Shown here: positions 6,760-14,985 of the stretch, piece after piece
Layout of the letters: each line of letters starts with the position of its first letter
How positions within the stretch are numbered: the first letter of the stretch is position 1
NCBI GenBank assembly: GCA_024694125.1
Contig: JAILKE010000060.1
Span: 35,247 to 99,246 of the forward strand
Length of the DNA: 64,000 nucleotides
Direction: 5' to 3'
From: Bacteroidales bacterium
Lineage (GTDB): Bacteria; Bacteroidota; Bacteroidia; Bacteroidales; UBA3663
Position numbers and translations under genes: made by a program
Notes under the pieces: generated by a model
Seen by the model: the letters and a program-made list of their open reading frames with translations, nothing else
Databases searched by the model: none
Told to the model about the DNA's origin: nothing

Positions 6760-8172
6760 TTACAGGTTCAATTCGTCCACGGGAATCCTTTCGATATGAT
6801 AATTTTCGAGGTTTTTCTTGGTGATAGGGATATAGAGCAGGATATCGTCGAAAGCCAGATAAATCTTGTCTTCGACATACAAAAGACCGACTTTGCTCTG
6901 CATGTTCATCTGGGCAAAACCATCGTAGCTCGACTTGGGGACCTTGTACATAATCCCCTCTTCATCAGGACCGATATATAGGTGAGTCTGAGTTACAGCA
7001 TATATAAGCGTATAAAATTCATATCTGAAACTATCCTTGTCATTCACCTCCTTGCAGTCGTTCATCCAATGTTCGTACTGCGCGAGCAGAGCGGGGTCTG
7101 TGCATCGGGTCAAGTGCCTCTCCAGTGGCCAATGGGGTGAATTGGAGTCCATGGCACGATCCATGCGCAGTTCATCCGGTCGCAGGTCTGTTGGATCGGA
7201 GAAGTACCAGGCACAGTCATTGTCCCCTGCCGGCACCCCACGAACCAGATGCTTGATGAAAATAGGATGCACCCAATAATACCCCCACACATCCTCGTTC
7301 TCCTTATAGACAAATAGAGTATAGAAGGTACTGACCAATGTATTGTCGGCCTTCTTACTATAGAAAGTAGCGAAGTAATTACCGGTCAACCCTGGGGCTT
7401 CGATTACCCAAAAGTTGGTCGATACCGTATGTCCGTCCCCCTCGACCCATACACCACTGATGTCCAGATCGAACATCTTCTCCTGCATTTCAACAGCCTT
7501 GCGACGCATCGACTCTGGGCCAATAAAATCTTGGTAGACGTCCAATACATGTTGGACATAGTCAATCAGCATGAGGCGAGACTTATCTCCATATTCCCTG
7601 GCGGCCTTGACAGCCGGCAGCATCTCGAAGATAGCCCCGCCGGACGTAAACTGCTCGAAGAAAGACTGCACACGGAAAAAGTCCCGCTCGATGTCAACTA
7701 CATCACCTTCCTTCGAGTCATAGCCAGGCAGTACGCGTAGCAACATCAGCACCAGCATAGGCACATTGAGTTCCTTATCGAGGATCAGCTGATAGGTCTC
7801 CCGTTTGCGGGCGCTCATCTTGGCACGTGCGCTACGTGGGTAGCAGTAATGCAGCATCTCGGTTACCACCGCCTCGGGATTGGCGCGGCGGTACAGGTGT
7901 TCACGGTAGAAAACCCATGTCCGATGGTACTGTCGGAGCAGTTCGTCCAGGTCAATATAGTCCGAGGTCAGTTCAGCCACCTCGCACTTCAGGTCACGGT
8001 AGGCCGAGCGCGAACGCGACAGCGCGCCGAAGCAGCGCTTGATGCCGTTGCTGTGTATCGCCTGGGTGCCGAGCATCTGCTCGATTTCAGCCATTGTATT
8101 GTATATCAATCGAGTATTGACTATCGTAGTCAGTTTATCCTCGTATAAAGTCTTTTCGTCTTTCATTATCAA
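6760..8172 (-). CDS. hypothetical protein (470 aa), no recognisable motifs
   Basis: Long intact ORF with no signal peptide and no motif I can place. Confidence 0.6.
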   Translation of the reverse strand: MIMKDEKTLYEDKLTTIVNTRLIYNTMAEIEQMLGTQAIHSNGIKRCFGALSRSRSAYRDLKCEVAELTSDYIDLDELLRQYHRTWVFYREHLYRRANPEAVVTEMLHYCYPRSARAKMSARKRETYQLILDKELNVPMLVLMLLRVLPGYDSKEGDVVDIERDFFRVQSFFEQFTSGGAIFEMLPAVKAAREYGDKSRLMLIDYVQHVLDVYQDFIGPESMRRKAVEMQEKMFDLDISGVWVEGDGHTVSTNFWVIEAPGLTGNYFATFYSKKADNTLVSTFYTLFVYKENEDVWGYYWVHPIFIKHLVRGVPAGDNDCAWYFSDPTDLRPDELRMDRAMDSNSPHWPLERHLTRCTDPALLAQYEHWMNDCKEVNDKDSFRYEFYTLIYAVTQTHLYIGPDEEGIMYKVPKSSYDGFAQMNMQSKVGLLYVEDKIYLAFDDILLYIPITKKNLENYHIERIPVDELNL

Positions 8173-8189
8173 TCACAATATTGACTATT

Positions 8190-8222
8190 CAAGTTTCGCA
8201 AGTCTTCAACTTACGAAACTTG
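8190..8222. repeat. hairpin of the CAAGTTTCGCAAGT family
   Basis: CAAGTTTCGCAAGT (8190-8203), loop CTTCA, ACTTACGAAACTTG (8209-8222), with one mismatch. It lies just downstream of the AraC gene stop. Relatives are at 13614, 48410, 59646 and 59814. Confidence 0.8.
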
Positions 8223-8234
8223 CTTAAAACAACA

Positions 8235-9080
8235 TCAGCCGCGGCGTCCCTCCGATGGAGAACGGCCAGTGCGCATCTTGTAGAACCGGCTGAAGGTAGC
8301 CTGGTCCACGAAGCCCAGCAGTTCCGCCGCCTGCTGTACCGTCATGCCAGGGCGCTCCAGCAGCGTCTTGGCCCGCAGTGCCACATAGTTGCTGATCCAG
8401 TCGTGCGCATTGATGCCGGTCAGTTGCTTGATGACAGCGGCAAAGTGCTTGGGCGACATACACAGTAGGTTGGCATAGAAACTCACCTCGCGGCTCTCCC
8501 GATAGTGGGTCACGAGAGCCTCGTAGAACCTGTCGAATAGTACTTCGCGTGGCGAGAGTTGCATTTCGCCATTGGCCAACAGACTATAGTCCTTCAGAAT
8601 CAAGAAAAAAGCCTGCAGCAGGCCGCTCAGAATCAGTTTGTGGTTGGGGCCGCCCTGTCTGCCCAAATTGCGCATCAGCCTCATCTGGTTATAAACATCA
8701 CCGAACTGGCTGTTGGTCAGTTTCACGTCCGGATGATGCACATAGTGGTTCATCTGGACGAAGAGTGACGGCAACTTACCCTTCATCTCCGCAATGACCT
8801 TGGGAGCCACGACAATCATCATGGCGAGGTAATCGTCCGACGACTGGTAGGCGCACAGCGAATGGTCAGGATGGACAATAGCCAGATCGTGCCGTTCGAA
8901 GAGGACAGGCCGCATGTCCAGTTCAGCCTTGACCCATCCTTGAATGTTGAGCGCCACGATGAGATAAGGCGAAATGAAAGCCTCGCCATATACGGGCATG
9001 CTGCGCACGTCATCCAGCACCATGATACCCTCTCGTTCTATAGCCTCAGCATTGAGCAGCAGTGGATGATTGTTAGTCAT
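8235..9080 (-). CDS. AraC family transcriptional regulator
   Basis: The C-terminal AraC HTH is LLCMSPKHFAAVIKQLTGINAHDWISNYVALRAKTLLERPGMTVQQAAELLGFVDQATFSRFYKMRTGRSPSE. Confidence 0.9.
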   Translation of the reverse strand: MTNNHPLLLNAEAIEREGIMVLDDVRSMPVYGEAFISPYLIVALNIQGWVKAELDMRPVLFERHDLAIVHPDHSLCAYQSSDDYLAMMIVVAPKVIAEMKGKLPSLFVQMNHYVHHPDVKLTNSQFGDVYNQMRLMRNLGRQGGPNHKLILSGLLQAFFLILKDYSLLANGEMQLSPREVLFDRFYEALVTHYRESREVSFYANLLCMSPKHFAAVIKQLTGINAHDWISNYVALRAKTLLERPGMTVQQAAELLGFVDQATFSRFYKMRTGRSPSEGRRG

Positions 9081-9238
9081 AATCGTCTATTTTATAGTAT
9101 CAGATTTCGGACCGAAGGCGGGGAAAACCGCCCTTTTGACATGCAAAAATAGTCATTTTTTCAATATATTCACTAAAAAAAGGAAAAAATGCAAAATTTT
9201 TCGGCTATTTGGCTACAATCACTCTCAAAAAAAGCCCA

Positions 9239-9246
9239 TATCTTTG
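9239..9246 (+). promoter_or_regulatory. -7 box TATCTTTG
   Basis: TAnnTTTG match 80 nt upstream of the ATG at 9327, in the spacer shared divergently with the AraC gene. Confidence 0.5.
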
Positions 9247-9326
9247 CACCGTCAACCAGTTAATATACTATTATACAATAATTAAATACCACAATACTCA
9301 CAATAATTATAAATACCCCAAATTCT

Positions 9327-10718
9327 ATGAAAAGAAATTTACTCATCATTGCTACCTTAGTTATCTCAACGCTCTCCATGCAGGCCCAACCACCTGCTGA
9401 CACTACACCTTCTTGTCCATCGGGCGCTACCTACACGCTGACAGACGGCAGCACCGTGACCAAGTCGGGCGAGTCCCTCACATCCAGTACCCAGTACTAC
9501 AACATCGTACAGGTGACCAATGGCACACTCAATTTGACCAATTGCACCATGACCAAAACGGGCGATGGCTCGAGCGGTGACAACTCCAGTTTCTACGGTA
9601 ACAACTCCAGCATCTATGCCGGCGACGGCACAGGCAGCAGCAGCACCAGCAGTGCCAGCAGCGCCGTGATCAATATCTCGGGCGGCACGATAACCAGTTC
9701 GTCGCAGGGCGCCAACGCCGTCTTTGCCACCAACGGAGCCACCATCGTGGTGGATGGCATCACTATAGACAATTCCCTCTCTGTATCACGCGGCCTGCAC
9801 TGCACCTTCGGCGGCAAGATTGTAGCCACCAATGTCGATATCACCACCCGCAGTGAAACATCATCCACCATCGCTACCGACCGTGGCAGCGGCACTGTCA
9901 CCGTGACAGGCGGCACCGCCACAGCCAAGGGTTCCAACAGCGCCGTCCTCTATTCGACCGGCACCATCACTGCCACCGACCTGACAGGCACATCGGAGCA
10001 GGGCGAGATAGCAGTAGTGGAGGGCGACAACGGCGTCATCATGAAGAACTGCACGATGACCAGTGGATCTTCCAACCGAGGTCTGATGATGTTGCAATCC
10101 GGTTCGGGCGATGCCGAGGGCTCGAACGCCTACATTACCGCCACCAGTTCCACCCTCACCGTGACCGGCAGCAGCGTACCGCTGTGCGAGGTTCCTACGC
10201 TCAACAACGGCACCCTCACCCTGACCGACGTCACCCTCTCTGTAGCCAGCGGCATATTGATGTATGTCGATTACAACACACAGTGGAGCACCTACGGCGG
10301 TTATGGCAACCTGATACTGGCCACGACCCAGGACAGCTGGACCTACACCGGTACTGCCGACGCCGACTCATACAGCAACCTCACAGTCCAGGTAGGTGAG
10401 AACGTCACCTGGAACGGCGCAGTCGATACCGACAACAATGCCAAGACTGCCTCCGTGACCATAGCCAGCGGCGCCGTATGGAACCTCACAGCCAATACCT
10501 ACGTATCGACATTGGTCAATAACGGCACCATCAACAAGAATGGCTTCACCCTCACCGCAGGCTCCACCAGCGGCAGCGGCACGATGAGCGAGACTTCGAC
10601 CCTCATCAATACCGAGGCTGATGCCACCGACGCTACCCTCTACTCCATCGACGGCACCCAGGCCAAGTCCGATGCCCGCGGCTTAGTTATCCGCAACGGG
10701 GTCAAGGTAATGCGCTAA
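9327..10718 (+). CDS. secreted T/S/G-rich beta-helix-like surface protein with T9SS C-terminal sorting tail
   Basis: The signal peptide is MKRNLLIIATLVISTLSMQAQ. The body has repetitive TxTGGTxT-type segments. The C-terminus LYSIDGTQAKSDARGLVIRNGVKVMR looks like a T9SS CTD. Confidence 0.7.
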   Translation: MKRNLLIIATLVISTLSMQAQPPADTTPSCPSGATYTLTDGSTVTKSGESLTSSTQYYNIVQVTNGTLNLTNCTMTKTGDGSSGDNSSFYGNNSSIYAGDGTGSSSTSSASSAVINISGGTITSSSQGANAVFATNGATIVVDGITIDNSLSVSRGLHCTFGGKIVATNVDITTRSETSSTIATDRGSGTVTVTGGTATAKGSNSAVLYSTGTITATDLTGTSEQGEIAVVEGDNGVIMKNCTMTSGSSNRGLMMLQSGSGDAEGSNAYITATSSTLTVTGSSVPLCEVPTLNNGTLTLTDVTLSVASGILMYVDYNTQWSTYGGYGNLILATTQDSWTYTGTADADSYSNLTVQVGENVTWNGAVDTDNNAKTASVTIASGAVWNLTANTYVSTLVNNGTINKNGFTLTAGSTSGSGTMSETSTLINTEADATDATLYSIDGTQAKSDARGLVIRNGVKVMR

Positions 10719-10913
10719 CAACTGATCCAACCACACGATTCGCAGCAACTGTGTATGCCCATTTTCAAATCATTTTAGTTCTGCCCCAGGCGGAAGGAGT
10801 CAACAACAACAGAGGAGTCAACCGGAGTCCACAACTTCTGCCGATTCTCAGCAGGAAGCGGTCCCTCCTGTTTTCTCCCCATTGACTCCTTTACATACAA
10901 AAAAAACTCCCCA

Positions 10914-11312
10914 ATGAGACATTTCCTTACAACACTGTTAGTCCTTGCCACAGCCATCACGGCACAGGCATACGACTACCCATATCTGGCACTGCAGACC
11001 ACCTCGGGCACAGTGACGCAGGTAGCTACCGAGTCCCTGTCGCTCACCATCAGCGGCACACAGCTCAAGGCCACCAACAGCGAGGGCACTCAGACCTTCA
11101 CACTCTCGGAGCTGAGTTGCATGTACTTTGTGGCATCTGCCACAGGCATCGACACCATCGACCTCAACCAGGCAGGTCCTGTCGAGGTCAGCACCTTGAC
11201 GGGCGCATCCGTAGGCCGTTATGAAAGCCTCAGTGCTGCATGCAGCACCCTGCCTGCAGGCGTATATATCGTCCAGACCAAGTCCAACACCCTCAAAATT
11301 GCTGTACAATGA
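10914..11312 (+). CDS. small secreted protein with T9SS C-terminal sorting tail
   Basis: The signal peptide is MRHFLTTLLVLATAITAQA and the C-terminus is LPAGVYIVQTKSNTLKIAVQ. Its stop overlaps the next start (ATGA at 11309-11312). Confidence 0.65.
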   Translation: MRHFLTTLLVLATAITAQAYDYPYLALQTTSGTVTQVATESLSLTISGTQLKATNSEGTQTFTLSELSCMYFVASATGIDTIDLNQAGPVEVSTLTGASVGRYESLSAACSTLPAGVYIVQTKSNTLKIAVQ

Positions 11313-13360
11313 AAAAGATACTATTTTCGGCCGCAATGCTCGTCATGTCGGCATCGGCCATAGCACAGACACTCAATGTACAGGTGGGCAACGTCACCTA
11401 TCAGTTTCCCGCTGCCCAGACAGGACAGATGACCTACACCGACGGCACATCGCTCTCCATCATGGGCAAGACATTCACATTGAGCGAGGTATCGGGTATG
11501 ACGATCGATGACAGCACGGTCAACGACGACTCGGTCAGCGTAGTGTATAACGGTACATCGGCCACAGTTACCGTGAGCGGCAACATAGCCCAGTACCTGA
11601 CCATCACGCAGAGCGGCGCCCACGTCAGCATCGTACAGAGCGACGACGTGGCCAGCGAGATCACCTACCAGCTGCAAGGCAACACGACGGACGGCGGCTT
11701 CTACACCGAGGGCTCGTACAAGGCAACCGTGGTGCTCAATGGATTGACCCTGACCAACACATCAGCCACCTACAGCGGAGCCGCACTGCACGTGCAGAAC
11801 GGCAAGCGCATCAAGATCAAGACCGTCGAGGGTACGACCAATACGCTGGTCGATGCAGCCGACGGTTCGCAGAAGGGCTGCATCTATGTCAAGGGCCATG
11901 CAGAGTTTGCCCAGAAGGGCACGCTGAACGTGACCGGACAGGTCAAGCACGGTATCAAGACCGGCGAGTACATGTCGCTCAAGAAGACGACACTCAATAT
12001 CCTGTCAGCTGCCAGCGACGGCATCAACTGCGCCCAGTACCTACTCGTGGAGAGCGGCTCCATCACCATCAGTGAGTCCGGCGATGACGGCATCCAGTGC
12101 GACATAGACGATACCGACGTCGGTTCCACCGGCGAGACGACCGACCACGAGGACGAGGACAGTGGCAATATCTACCTCAATGGCGGCACCGTCACCGTAT
12201 CGACCTCGGCCACGGCTGCCAAGGGCGTCAAGGGCGAGGGCAGCATCTACATCACCGATGAGGCGGTCGTCAATGTCACTACCTCCGGCAACGGCGAGTG
12301 GGACAGCGATGACCTGGAGACCAAGGCTGCCTGCGGCGTAAGCAGCGATGCCAACATCTACATCACGGGCGGCACCATCACACTCACCGCCACCGGTTCG
12401 GGTGGCAAGGGATTGAAGTGCGACAGCGTGCTCAACATCTCGGGCGGCACCATGACCATAGTCACCTCAGGCGGTCTGTATTACAACAACGGCACCACCG
12501 AGAATACCAACTATACCGGCGATACCGACAATGTAGATAGCGACTACTACTCATCGCCCAAGGGTATCAAAGCGGGCACCAAAACCGAAGTGACCTCAAC
12601 CAGCTACACCTATGCCGGAGCAGTCGTCATCAGCGGCGGTACGATCAATGTCACCACCAGCGGACAGAATGCCGAAGGCATAGAGAGCAAGAATACGTTC
12701 GACGTCACAGGCGGATACATCTACGTCGATGCCCACGACGACGCACTCAATTCGGCTCAAGACATGACCATCTCCGGCGGATACATCTATGCACGTGCTT
12801 CCAGCAATGACGGAATCGATGCCAACGGCAACTGCTACATCTCGGGCGGTCTGATTTATGCCATCGGCGCCACCTCTCCCGAAGTAGCCATCGACGTCAA
12901 CAGCGAAGACTCAAAGCAGCTTTACTTCACGGGCGGAACACTCATTGCCCTGGGAGGTCTCGAGTCAGGAGCCTCGCTCTCGCAGGACTGCTACAGTGCT
13001 GCATCGTGGAGCGCCAACACATGGTATGCCCTGTCAGCAGGTGACCAGGAGATAGCCTTCCTCACTCCTGCCTCGATAGACGGTGCCACACTGGTTGTTT
13101 CAGCAGCCTCCAAACCGACTCTCTACTCGGGTGTAACAGTACAAAGTGGCACAGAAATTTGCAATAGTAAAATTTTTATTGATGTTTCATACAATAAATC
13201 TGATTCTGTCACGTTATCTAATTACACGGGTGGAAATAGCGGCCAAACAGGCGGTGACCAAGGCGGTGACCAAGGCGGCGACCAAGGCGGCGACCAACCG
13301 GGTGGAGATAACAACAATCAGCCAGGCGGTGGAGGTTCTACTCCTGGAGGAGGATTTTAG
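11309..13360 (+). CDS. secreted carbohydrate-binding beta-helix protein (DUF4353/Cthe_2159-like)
   Basis: The start was moved to MKKILFSAAMLVMSASAIAQ. DGI/KG[VIL]K repeats recur (SDGINCAQ, GDDGIQCD, AKGVKGEG, GKGLKCDS, PKGIKAG, AEGIESKN, NDGIDANG). The C-terminal tail is G/D/Q-rich. Confidence 0.7.
   Translation: MKKILFSAAMLVMSASAIAQTLNVQVGNVTYQFPAAQTGQMTYTDGTSLSIMGKTFTLSEVSGMTIDDSTVNDDSVSVVYNGTSATVTVSGNIAQYLTITQSGAHVSIVQSDDVASEITYQLQGNTTDGGFYTEGSYKATVVLNGLTLTNTSATYSGAALHVQNGKRIKIKTVEGTTNTLVDAADGSQKGCIYVKGHAEFAQKGTLNVTGQVKHGIKTGEYMSLKKTTLNILSAASDGINCAQYLLVESGSITISESGDDGIQCDIDDTDVGSTGETTDHEDEDSGNIYLNGGTVTVSTSATAAKGVKGEGSIYITDEAVVNVTTSGNGEWDSDDLETKAACGVSSDANIYITGGTITLTATGSGGKGLKCDSVLNISGGTMTIVTSGGLYYNNGTTENTNYTGDTDNVDSDYYSSPKGIKAGTKTEVTSTSYTYAGAVVISGGTINVTTSGQNAEGIESKNTFDVTGGYIYVDAHDDALNSAQDMTISGGYIYARASSNDGIDANGNCYISGGLIYAIGATSPEVAIDVNSEDSKQLYFTGGTLIALGGLESGASLSQDCYSAASWSANTWYALSAGDQEIAFLTPASIDGATLVVSAASKPTLYSGVTVQSGTEICNSKIFIDVSYNKSDSVTLSNYTGGNSGQTGGDQGGDQGGDQGGDQPGGDNNNQPGGGGSTPGGGF
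13250..13297 (+). repeat. in-frame 12-bp tandem repeat x4 (GGCGG[T/C]GACCAA = GGDQ)
   Basis: Four consecutive units encode GGDQGGDQGGDQGGDQ inside the CDS tail. Confidence 0.95.
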
Positions 13361-13548
13361 TCAGACATACAGCAGTTAGTTCAACTGTCTAACTGACTGA
13401 TTAAGACATAACAAGTGGCCTCGATATCGGATGTATTGAAATGCTCTATTGCTCGTAATGCCACATAAGAGGCCCAAATAGGATTGTTGTGTATCGATAT
13501 AAAAAGACATTATTTTGGTGTGTATTGATATAAATAAGTATTTTGGGG

Positions 13549-13589
13549 GGAGACTGATCGTGAGATTAGTCTCCTCATTTTTTTATTTT
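13549..13589 (+). terminator. Rho-independent terminator
   Basis: The stem pairs GGAGACT (13549-13555) with AGTCTCC (13568-13574). It is followed by CATTTTTTTATTTT. Confidence 0.6.
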
Positions 13590-13613
13590 AAAAGGATTCA
13601 AATTGTTATTTTA

Positions 13614-13662
13614 AAATAATTCAAGTCTCGCAAGTTCAAGACTTGCGAGACTTGAATTATTT
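13614..13662. repeat. 22-bp-stem perfect hairpin (CAAGTCTCGCAAGT family)
   Basis: AAATAATTCAAGTCTCGCAAGT (13614-13635), loop TCAAG, ACTTGCGAGACTTGAATTATTT (13641-13662). It lies between the convergent 3' ends of 11309-13360 (+) and 13702-14610 (-). Confidence 0.9.
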
Positions 13663-13701
13663 AAGGGGAGCAGGAAAAATGGAAAAAAGTATGCTGAGCA
13701 G

Positions 13702-14610
13702 TTAGTTTGTTTTCTGGCACTGCCACAGCGGCTCCTCCTCCCATCCAAGAGGGAAACCCATCATGGTGGGTTGAACACTGGGATATTTCGTTAGAAGAGA
13801 TTTGAAGTCCTGAACAAAAGTATTCTGAGGATTGATGCTGTTAAGCCAATAGGCAATACAACATAGTTGAGGATAAAGGCGGTCGATAGGGAAATTGAAG
13901 TTTGTTATCCACCGCTGACGCATTCGTGAGGTTATCTTTGGACGCACAGCAAAGTGTGCATTCCAAAGACGTGCATGATGGGCACAATAGTTGCGGACGA
14001 TAGTGAGACTTTCCAACCAACTGCGCAGATACTCATGTTGGGGCATATCGAAATCGCGAGCCACCCGCTTCATCAGATTGAAGTCGTTCATGTTGTTGTA
14101 AAGTTTGGAAAGCGTTCCGAAAGATGCCACTTCAAGTGTTTTCCATGATGGAGGGAACTCGGGTGAATCATATTTCCTGAAGTGTTCCAGAATGAATTCG
14201 TCGCGACAACGTCCTAACTCCGTGCGCAAAGATTCCAGATTTTTATTGTAGCGGTATTCATTGGCAGCAAACGTGGAATCCATAAACCAGAAGGATCCAT
14301 AGGTCATGGCAAAGTGATGGTTTATTTTTGTCCTTGATGCAATCTCAATATGCTGCAGGGCTTTGAATACCAAAGAGCGAAGCTCGCTATCGAAGTTGTA
14401 AAGTGTCAGAACTGACGAGAATCTGCTTCCACTACGAAAACGATGTATGCGGCTGTTCTCTTCCATTACACGCCAATAACTGGCAAGTCGAAAGTAACTA
14501 ATGTGGTTGAGAACGCTCTGTGCTTCGTTCTCATTTTCAATAATAAGCCCTCGCTGTTTCAGTATGTCTATCTGTTCACCGATGGTGATAGGTTGCTTTG
14601 TGTATTCCAT
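13702..14610 (-). CDS. Abi family protein (AbiD/AbiF-like, Abi_2; HEPN superfamily)
   Basis: The N-terminus has QIDILKQRGL...ISYFRLASYW. The signature is IVRNYCAHHARLWN (Rx4-6H). The gene sits in a visibly AT-richer segment. Confidence 0.85.
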   Translation of the reverse strand: MEYTKQPITIGEQIDILKQRGLIIENENEAQSVLNHISYFRLASYWRVMEENSRIHRFRSGSRFSSVLTLYNFDSELRSLVFKALQHIEIASRTKINHHFAMTYGSFWFMDSTFAANEYRYNKNLESLRTELGRCRDEFILEHFRKYDSPEFPPSWKTLEVASFGTLSKLYNNMNDFNLMKRVARDFDMPQHEYLRSWLESLTIVRNYCAHHARLWNAHFAVRPKITSRMRQRWITNFNFPIDRLYPQLCCIAYWLNSINPQNTFVQDFKSLLTKYPSVQPTMMGFPLGWEEEPLWQCQKTN

Positions 14611-14677
14611 TTAAAAAGAAACGTCCCACCCTGGTCCACTGGTCATGCGACGAGAAGCGTGGTGGGATTTGTTGTTG

Positions 14678-14685
14678 CAAAGGTA
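14678..14685 (-). promoter_or_regulatory. -7 box TACCTTTG (minus strand)
   Basis: The reverse complement of CAAAGGTA matches TAnnTTTG about 70 nt upstream of the Abi start at 14610. Confidence 0.45.
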
Positions 14686-14849
14686 CTGCTTTTATTTGGA
14701 ATAGCCAATTTTTTTGAAGAGAAAGAGTAAAAGTAGCCTAAGAAATCGTCATTTTGCATCAAAAAACATCCTTTTCATATCTTTTTGAATCAATTTGCAC
14801 CAAAAATTAAATAGCGGTACAAGAACCTAATTCTACCCAGTTATTCCCT

Positions 14850-14882
14850 TTCAAGTGGGGGGCAAATTGTCCCCCACTTGAA
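14850..14882. terminator. 12-bp perfect hairpin downstream of the sensor gene
   Basis: TTCAAGTGGGGG (14850-14861), 9-nt loop, CCCCCACTTGAA (14871-14882). There is no clear U tract. Confidence 0.4.
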
Positions 14883-14985
14883 TTTCAGCTCAGGGTCACA
14901 CCTAAGCATCTTTTTATGTAATCACTTGGATTCACTGAATCTGTTAAGACCTGCACTATATCCTGCTCTATATCCCATGCTCGCT

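Noticed and set aside
11240-11308. Upstream extension of the DUF4353-like gene (ORF-track start 11240), and similar 5' extensions at 27871, 37145, 41546, 42608, 49313, 63300 and 18093
   Set aside because: The extensions precede obvious signal peptides or conserved N-termini. They also overlap promoters, repeats or the preceding gene, so internal ATGs were chosen as starts.
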